Positions 58,515-64,000 of a stretch of 64,000 nt of DNA are shown in pieces. The DNA comes from an uncultured delta proteobacterium (GTDB lineage Bacteria > Desulfobacterota > Binatia > UTPRO1), in the NCBI GenBank assembly GCA_963753325.1, contig CAVWBS010000001.1, positions 1,835,945 to 1,899,944 on the forward strand, in the 5' to 3' direction. The translations under genes were made by a program, and so were the position numbers. Numbering within the stretch: position 1 is the first letter of the stretch; every line of letters begins with the position of its first letter. The notes below the pieces were generated by a model. It was not told the DNA's origin. It searched no databases and worked only from the letters and a program-made list of their open reading frames with translations.

Positions 58515-60959
58515 ATGGGGAAAGACGACCCAGCCAATAGACGCGGCGTGGCATTGAGTCCTTTCGAACGCGCACGGCGACGGCTGATCGCGCGGCGGCT
58601 ACCCCTGTTCGCGCTCGGCTGGCTCTGCGCGATGGGGCTCTGGCTCGTCGTCTTTACCGTCGAGTCGCGGCTCACGTTGTTGGCCGTCCTAGTCGTATCG
58701 CTGCAGGCGGCGTTGCTCCTCGTGGTGTTCGCAGTCTGTCGTGCCAACCCCGGGGCGCCGCGTGTTCTGACGCTCGCAAACGCGACCTGCGCTCTCCTCG
58801 GAATCTCGACCACGGTGTTCTTCGCCTTGATACACGGCCAAGGCGAGCTCTCGACGTTCGTGGCGTTCACACTCTGTCTCGCGGCGGCGTTGGTCTTCTG
58901 CTGGGGGTGGCAGGCGGAGCTCGCCATGCTGGGCTCGATGCTTGTCCCATGGATCCTGACGTTGCCCGCGTTCTCTTTCTTCTTCACGCCGCTCGAGCTC
59001 GCGGCCGCGGTGACCAGCGGCTGGCTCCTCTCGCTAGCTGTCGCGGAGGGCGCCGCCCGCAGCTTTCGCGCCGAGTGGCTCCGTCGCACCAGCAACGAGG
59101 AGATGACCCGTGTGCTGGCAGAATCACGAGATGCCTACCGCGATCTCGCCGAGACTGCGCAGGATCTCATCTGGGCGGCCGACCTCGACGGCCGCCTCAC
59201 GTACGTCAACGATGCCACGGGACGTTTCTTCGGCGCGTCCCCCCGGGACCTCCTCGGTCGCCCCATGGCAGAGTTCATGACCGACGATCCGAGCAATCTC
59301 GCTCCCGGCACCGCGATCGCGCGCCTGCTCGCGGGGGAAAGTCTGCCGACGATCGAGTTGCAGGAACGGACGCCGTGCGGGCCGCGTCGGCTCGAGGTGC
59401 TCGCCTCGGCCATTCACGGTCCGGACGGGACGATCGTCGGCATGCGTGGGATCAGCCGCGATATCACCGAGCGGCGCGTCGCCGAGGAGGCGCTGCGTGC
59501 GAGCGAGGCACGGTACCGCGGCGTCATCGAGTCGGCTGTGGAAGTGGTTGCCCGCGTGGACCTCGGGAACCGCATCATCTTCGCGAACGACTCCTTCTGC
59601 CGCAGCGTCGGCTACACTCGCGAGCAGATCATCGGCCAGTCATTCCACAATCTCATACACCTCATCCACGAAGAGGACCGTGCGACGGTACTGAACGCGT
59701 TTCAAGCGGTAACCGTGCCGCCCTACCGCTGCCGCATCGAGAACCGTCAACTCACCCCGGAGGGATGGCGCTGGTTCGAGTGGGAAGGCGCGGCGATACG
59801 CGACGCGAATGGCCGAATCCTTGAGATCCAGTCGGTCGGCCGCGACGTGACGCATCGCAAGCAGGCCGAGGCCGACCTCCGGGAGAGTGAGGAACGCTTC
59901 CGCAGCGCATTCGAGGACGCCTCCATCGGCATGGCAATCGCCGCACCGGACGGCCGCGGCCTGCGGGTGAATCGAGCCTTCTGCGACATGCTCGGCTACT
60001 CCGAAGCGGAAATGCTGGGGATGACTGCCCAGGACATCACACACCCGGACGATCTCGAGGCGACGATTGCCGCCGCAGGCCGCATCCTCAACGGCGAAGC
60101 GCGTTCCTATCAACTCGAGAAGCGCTATCTCCACAAGCGCGGTCACGTGGTGTGGGTCAGCGCAACTTCTTCGCTGGTACGGGATGCGAACGGGACGCCG
60201 CTGTATTTCCTGGCGCAGATGCAGGACACGACCGAGCGAAAGGCCGGCGAGGAGGCGCTGCGCGCGTCTCTCGAGGATCTGCGCCGCAGCGAGGAGACGC
60301 TGCGGCTACTCGCCCAGCGCCAGGCAACGATCCGCGAGGAGGAACGCACGCGTCTCGGTTTCGATCTGCACGACGACGTGTGCCAGGAGCTGGTAGGCAT
60401 CGGCATCCTCGCCGCGTCGCTGCACCGCAAGATGTCGCCGATGCCACCGGAGCAGGCCGCCGAATTCAGTCGACTCGTTGCCTACGTCGCTGAGGTCGTC
60501 GAGCATCTTCGACTGCTGGCGCACGAACTGCGTCCGATGCTGCTTCACGACCTCGGTCTCGAAGGCAGCCTGTGCGCGCTAGCCGACGGCATGTCGTCGG
60601 CCGAGACCCGGGTCGTCGCGGACTTTCGCACGCCGATCCCGAGGTCCGGCGCGGAGGCAGAGGTCGCGGTATATCGCATTGCCCAGGAAGCGCTCACGAA
60701 CGCGGCCCGTCACGCTCACGCACGCTCGATCGTCGTCTCCGTCGAGGCAAGCGACGGGAGGCTCTGTCTCGAGATACAGGACGACGGCCGCGGCTTCGAT
60801 CCCGCCGCGCCGCACGCGAAGGCGCTCGGCCTGGTGGGCATGGAGGAGCGCGCGCTCGCGCTCGGCGGTCGTTTCATGTTCCGATCCGCGCCAGGCCAGG
60901 GGACGACGGTGCGCCTGGAGTGTCCGTTCATCGCCCGCGCGTCGGCGAGTGCGGCATAG
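58515..60959 (+). CDS. Membrane sensor histidine kinase (multi-TM, several PAS domains, HisKA_3, HATPase_c)
   Basis: 814 aa with about 6 N-terminal hydrophobic segments and repeated PAS-like blocks (three with the RKQAE/RRVAEEALRASE-type linkers). The HisKA_3 H-box is LGFDLHDDVCQEL, and the ATPase motifs are EALTNAARHA and DDGRGF. Confidence 0.85.
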   Translation: MGKDDPANRRGVALSPFERARRRLIARRLPLFALGWLCAMGLWLVVFTVESRLTLLAVLVVSLQAALLLVVFAVCRANPGAPRVLTLANATCALLGISTTVFFALIHGQGELSTFVAFTLCLAAALVFCWGWQAELAMLGSMLVPWILTLPAFSFFFTPLELAAAVTSGWLLSLAVAEGAARSFRAEWLRRTSNEEMTRVLAESRDAYRDLAETAQDLIWAADLDGRLTYVNDATGRFFGASPRDLLGRPMAEFMTDDPSNLAPGTAIARLLAGESLPTIELQERTPCGPRRLEVLASAIHGPDGTIVGMRGISRDITERRVAEEALRASEARYRGVIESAVEVVARVDLGNRIIFANDSFCRSVGYTREQIIGQSFHNLIHLIHEEDRATVLNAFQAVTVPPYRCRIENRQLTPEGWRWFEWEGAAIRDANGRILEIQSVGRDVTHRKQAEADLRESEERFRSAFEDASIGMAIAAPDGRGLRVNRAFCDMLGYSEAEMLGMTAQDITHPDDLEATIAAAGRILNGEARSYQLEKRYLHKRGHVVWVSATSSLVRDANGTPLYFLAQMQDTTERKAGEEALRASLEDLRRSEETLRLLAQRQATIREEERTRLGFDLHDDVCQELVGIGILAASLHRKMSPMPPEQAAEFSRLVAYVAEVVEHLRLLAHELRPMLLHDLGLEGSLCALADGMSSAETRVVADFRTPIPRSGAEAEVAVYRIAQEALTNAARHAHARSIVVSVEASDGRLCLEIQDDGRGFDPAAPHAKALGLVGMEERALALGGRFMFRSAPGQGTTVRLECPFIARASASAA

Positions 60960-60999
60960 GACGGTTCGGGGGACTTGAGATTCGGGGCCAACACAGCAA

Positions 61000-61311
61000 T
61001 GCCGCAACTCGAGATGGACCGGTCCTACGTTGGCCCCATCGCTTGCTTCCCGACGTGCGTCTGCACGACGGCGATCGCCGCCGCCGCGTCGCCGTTGCGC
61101 CGGAGATCAACGGTGCGGCGCAGCTCGTCGAGCTTGGTCGTAATCAGTGGCGCGAGGGCGGCAAGCCGTCCTTGAGACGGGAGCGATCACCGGCGCGGAA
61201 GGTCTCGGTCTGCTCGCGCAGCGCCGCGAGGCCCCCTACGAGAACGAGCAGCATCGCTGCGCCGAAGCCCACGAGGACGACGGGCGTGATGGACCAGCGG
61301 GAAGTCTTCAT
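61000..61311 (-). pseudogene. N-terminal fragment of a CHASE3-type sensor protein
   Basis: MKTSRWSITPVVLVGFGAAMLLVLVGGLAALREQTETFRAG..., then after a frame change ...LITTKLDELRRTVDLRRNGDAAAAIAVVQTHVGKQAMG. Nothing is recognisable beyond that. The fragment abuts the 3' end of the kinase gene. Confidence 0.4.
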
Positions 61312-61771
61312 GACGTCGGAGCAGAACGCTGTCTTGCGACCCGCATGCTGATGATGAGGTGGCCGTTAGCACAGACTGATCGGTGGCCACCCTGCACGTA
61401 GTTCTACGTATGGTCGGGCGCGGTCGCGCCTGGACGTGTCTGGCGGATCTCACAACTTGCGAAGGTCCCCGCGTTCGCATTCGCGAATCATAATGCACAT
61501 TCGTTCGGCGACGGGGGGAATACGGCCGCCACTCGAATGAAGAGCAAACAGTCTCCAGCGGTGAGAAATCATGGGAGATAGCACTCCCAGTGCTGAGAAT
61601 TCGAAGCTGGAAAAACACCTTGGTATGCTGTGCGTGACGAACGCCGCCCTGGCACAGCCGTTGCTTGGGTTGTCGACAAGATCAAATGAGCTCAGCTGAG
61701 TCGCGGTCTGCGTTGACCTCCCAGGTTAGCGGTCCACCGGTGACATATCGACCGGGGAGGGAGGACGAACG

Positions 61772-61945
61772 ATGAAGAGGCTCTGCTTGGTGGTTCTGAC
61801 CGCGGCTATCGGGGCTGGGTCGGCGAACGCTCACGTCAGCCGGGGACCCGTCGACGAAGGGCGAAGGCTACGAATCGAAATTGACGGGCGAGTACTTCCT
61901 CACTTTTGTGCACACCGACGACAGTGCGGAGCGGTCGCCCGCTAA
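61772..61945 (+). CDS. Possible small secreted protein (57 aa as read; may be frameshifted)
   Basis: Strong SD GGGAGGGAGGA before the ATG, and signal-like MKRLCLVVLTAAIGAGSANA. A more protein-like continuation (GYESKLTGEYFLTFVHTDDSAERSPAKKIFEQN) lies in another frame. Confidence 0.3.
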   Translation: MKRLCLVVLTAAIGAGSANAHVSRGPVDEGRRLRIEIDGRVLPHFCAHRRQCGAVAR

Positions 61946-62050
61946 AAAGATCTTCGAACAGAACAGGGCCCGAGGACATCGCGACGGCGGTGAAAAGCGC
62001 GTAAGCTAGTGCTTGCTCCGAGGCGACCACATGCGAAAGGAGAACGCTCA

Positions 62051-62119
62051 ATGTATATCGGCGGCGGCTTAGGCCTCGTCCTCCTCATTGTTGTCATTGT
62101 GCTGCTACTCCGCCGGTAG
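62051..62119 (+). CDS. Possible 22-aa hydrophobic peptide
   Basis: SD GAAAGGAGAA lies 6 nt before ATG. The peptide is MYIGGGLGLVLLIVVIVLLLRR*, a single TM segment with an Arg-Arg end. Confidence 0.3.
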   Translation: MYIGGGLGLVLLIVVIVLLLRR

Positions 62120-62662
62120 CTCCAGCGGAGACGACAACGGGCACAGGCAGCGCTATCAAGGACATGCTGCCAATAGGTGCCCGACGCCGAAAATGCTGCT
62201 GGCGGCAACGCATGTTCGAGGACGTGTGGCGCGACGCGCCAGCAAGGCCATACGCCCAGCTATATTCCCCCTCCCAGGACCGTCGGCACGTGACAACGCT
62301 CCATGGGGCCCAGGGGCGGCAGGCGGCATGATCGTTGTAACGAAGCGCAATGAGCAAGAGGAAAGGCCGGTGGTAGGCATGATGCGGGCGCACCCGTGAA
62401 CACCAAGTCTGCCGGGGGCATGATCCAAAAGAAGGAGACCACCACCACAGAGACCAAGTGAGATCGCAGCAGCGTGATCCATTCTTCACGAATCTGGAAT
62501 GTGCCTACAATGATGCCTCATCGGCAGGCACATCGTCCTCTTCCTCGTTCGTGCGGGAGGGCCGCGGACGTGGCGATCCCGCGCGAACGAGATGCGCGGA
62601 CTGCACGCGTGATAGGTAGGGCGCCTTCGATCAACGTCAGAGAGTCATAAGGAGGAAAGAGC

Positions 62663-63130
62663 ATGAAGCACTTTCGGCATCACAGTATCGTCGTCGCGGC
62701 GGTCGCCCTGGGGATGATGGCTTCCGCGAGCCCATCAGTCGCCGCGTCGGCACGCGTCATTCCCATGGCGGCCAACCCAGCGAGGTCCCCCAGGGGCGAC
62801 GACGTCGAGGCGCGGATCAAGAGCCTGCACAAGCAGCTCCACATCACGGCCGCGCAGGAGGCCGTATGGAACGAGTTCGCTCAGGCGATGCGGGAGGATG
62901 CCGCCAGCATGAAGGAGCTGCGAAGCAAAGCGAGAAACGACAAGTCGATGACTGCCGTCGATCAGCTCACCTCCTATGCATCGATCGTCGACACCCACGC
63001 GGCCGGCGTCCACAAACTCGTGCCGGCGTTCCAGAAGGTGTACGACAGTATGTCGGACGAGCAGAAGAAGACCGCCGACGCCGTCTTCCGCGAAGACGCC
63101 GGCGTCCGGTCGCGAAAGCACAAGCCATGA
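62663..63130 (+). CDS. Spy/CpxP-family (LTXXQ motif) periplasmic protein
   Basis: SD AAGGAGGAAA before the ATG, and signal peptide MKHFRHHSIVVAAVALGMMASASPSVAAS. It carries the LHITAAQEAVWNEF motif, helical Lys/Glu-rich repeats, and MSDEQKKTADAVF. Confidence 0.75.
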   Translation: MKHFRHHSIVVAAVALGMMASASPSVAASARVIPMAANPARSPRGDDVEARIKSLHKQLHITAAQEAVWNEFAQAMREDAASMKELRSKARNDKSMTAVDQLTSYASIVDTHAAGVHKLVPAFQKVYDSMSDEQKKTADAVFREDAGVRSRKHKP

Positions 63131-63414
63131 CGGCGCGCCGCATCGCGATCGCCACGGCCCTCGCCGTCGCCCTCGCCTTCCAGTGCGGCGTCGGCGTGAC
63201 GCCGGTGTGCGCCGACCACGACGACGGCCACCGGGGCGCACGGCACGAGCACTACGACCATGGCCGGCACGGCGGCGGGCACCGCCGCCACCGGCAACAC
63301 GAGTCCTACTACTACGCGCCGCCGCCCGTTTACTACTACCACGCGCCGCCGCCGGTCTACGTGCCGCCCCCGTCGATGGGCTTCACCCTGATCTTCCCGT
63401 TCAGGTTTCGTTAG
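63127..63414 (+). CDS. Small secreted His-rich, Tyr/Pro-repeat protein
   Basis: The ATG overlaps the upstream stop (ATGA). Signal peptide MTARRIAIATALAVALAFQCGVGVTPVCA is followed by DHDDGHRGARHEHYDHGRHGGGHRRHRQHE, then YYYAPPPVYYYHAPPPVYVPPP. Confidence 0.6.
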   Translation: MTARRIAIATALAVALAFQCGVGVTPVCADHDDGHRGARHEHYDHGRHGGGHRRHRQHESYYYAPPPVYYYHAPPPVYVPPPSMGFTLIFPFRFR

Positions 63415-63969
63415 CCGTGGCTTCCGGGACGCGGACGACTCCCCCGGCGGGCTTGAACCCGGACTGTGGTCGGGGGTCCTCATGCCACGTGTGGTCGCGA
63501 AGCTCCGTCGAGGGGTATCGCTTGCATGCATCGCGCAGGTCAGGACGGACTACCGGACTACAGCACTTTGTGGTCGACGACGATTCTGTCTCGGCGCGGA
63601 CTGCTGTCACACAGTGCTCCCATTCCCGAGACAACCCCCATGATCCTTCCCGGAAGCCCCGTGCCTGGCCGTATGTGATCTTGCGTTGTTTGGTCGGCAT
63701 GCTTCTCTATCGGCTGCATCTACGCGACCAGGCCGCGCTCGTACCCGGCGTCGTCGTGGAGCACGGCCCTCTCGACGGCACCGTCGCGCGGATCGCCGCC
63801 CGCCAGCCTGAGCGATACCGCGCGCCTCGCCAACTCCAAGATCACGTTCCGCGCGAAGCGAGCTGCTCGCGCGGCGCTGGACTTCTTGCGACGTTGCCGT
63901 CAGAAGACCGCCCACTCGTGGGGAGTCTGCATTGACCATTGGAGTAGGAAGCGCTCAAAGGAGGGACCC

Positions 63970-64000
63970 ATGCCGCTTGTGACTGTGGTCATCTACCTCG
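63970..64000 (+). CDS. 5' end of an unidentified gene (partial, leaves the window)
   Basis: AAAGGAGGGA lies 4 nt before ATG 63970 (MPLVTVVIYL...). Only 10 codons are visible. Confidence 0.25.
   Translation, partial: MPLVTVVIYL

Noticed and set aside
63730-63905. A minus-strand reading RQRRKKSSAARAARFARNVILELARRAVSLRLAGGDPRDGAVERAVLHDDAGYERGLVA* that looks mildly protein-like.
   Set aside because: It has no in-frame start codon or SD and no recognisable family. It would need a frameshift to join the upstream ATG.

Overview
This is very GC-rich bacterial chromosomal DNA, roughly two-thirds to 70% G+C by eye. The six-frame track is full of long Arg/Ala/Pro-rich shadow ORFs, which I ignored. 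I can support about 45 protein-coding loci. I found no rRNA, tRNA, CRISPR array, integrase or transposase.

Content:
- Housekeeping and redox enzymes: OsmC, Zn-ADH, PRPP-synthetase-like, NadE, dienelactone hydrolase, Cu/Zn SOD, Cld/HemQ-like, MaoC, SDR, thiolase, enoyl-CoA hydratase, nitroreductase, methyltransferase, MATE.
- A concentration of DNA-repair genes: RecQ, Lhr, ATP-dependent DNA ligase, YajD HNH.
- Signalling proteins: a zinc-ribbon/cyclase/STAND-ATPase/TPR protein and two orphan histidine kinases.
- Several unusual secreted proteins.

Most interesting observations:
1. A two-gene unit at 46970-48532: a beta-barrel-like protein plus a secreted protein ending in 44 uninterrupted prolines, closed by intrinsic terminators.
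2. A same-strand cluster at 28129-32698: DUF4149 / Cld-like / YajD HNH / lipoprotein / ATP-dependent ligase. The lipoprotein stop overlaps the ligase start (GTGA).
3. Two large secreted multidomain proteins with internal Cys-containing repeats that I cannot assign to a named family.
4. An approximately 80-nt direct repeat flanking a 4.4-kb, more AT-rich segment full of gene fragments.
5. A REP-like palindromic element present twice in opposite orientation.
6. A CpxP/Spy-like gene translationally coupled to a His-rich small secreted protein.

Major caveat: indel density is strongly heterogeneous. Two blocks (5.4-9.9 kb and 37.3-45.1 kb, including ftsH) are riddled with frameshifts, while neighbouring long genes are intact. 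This looks more like local consensus error than decay, but it cannot be settled from sequence alone. All family calls rest on motif recognition by eye, since no searches were run.
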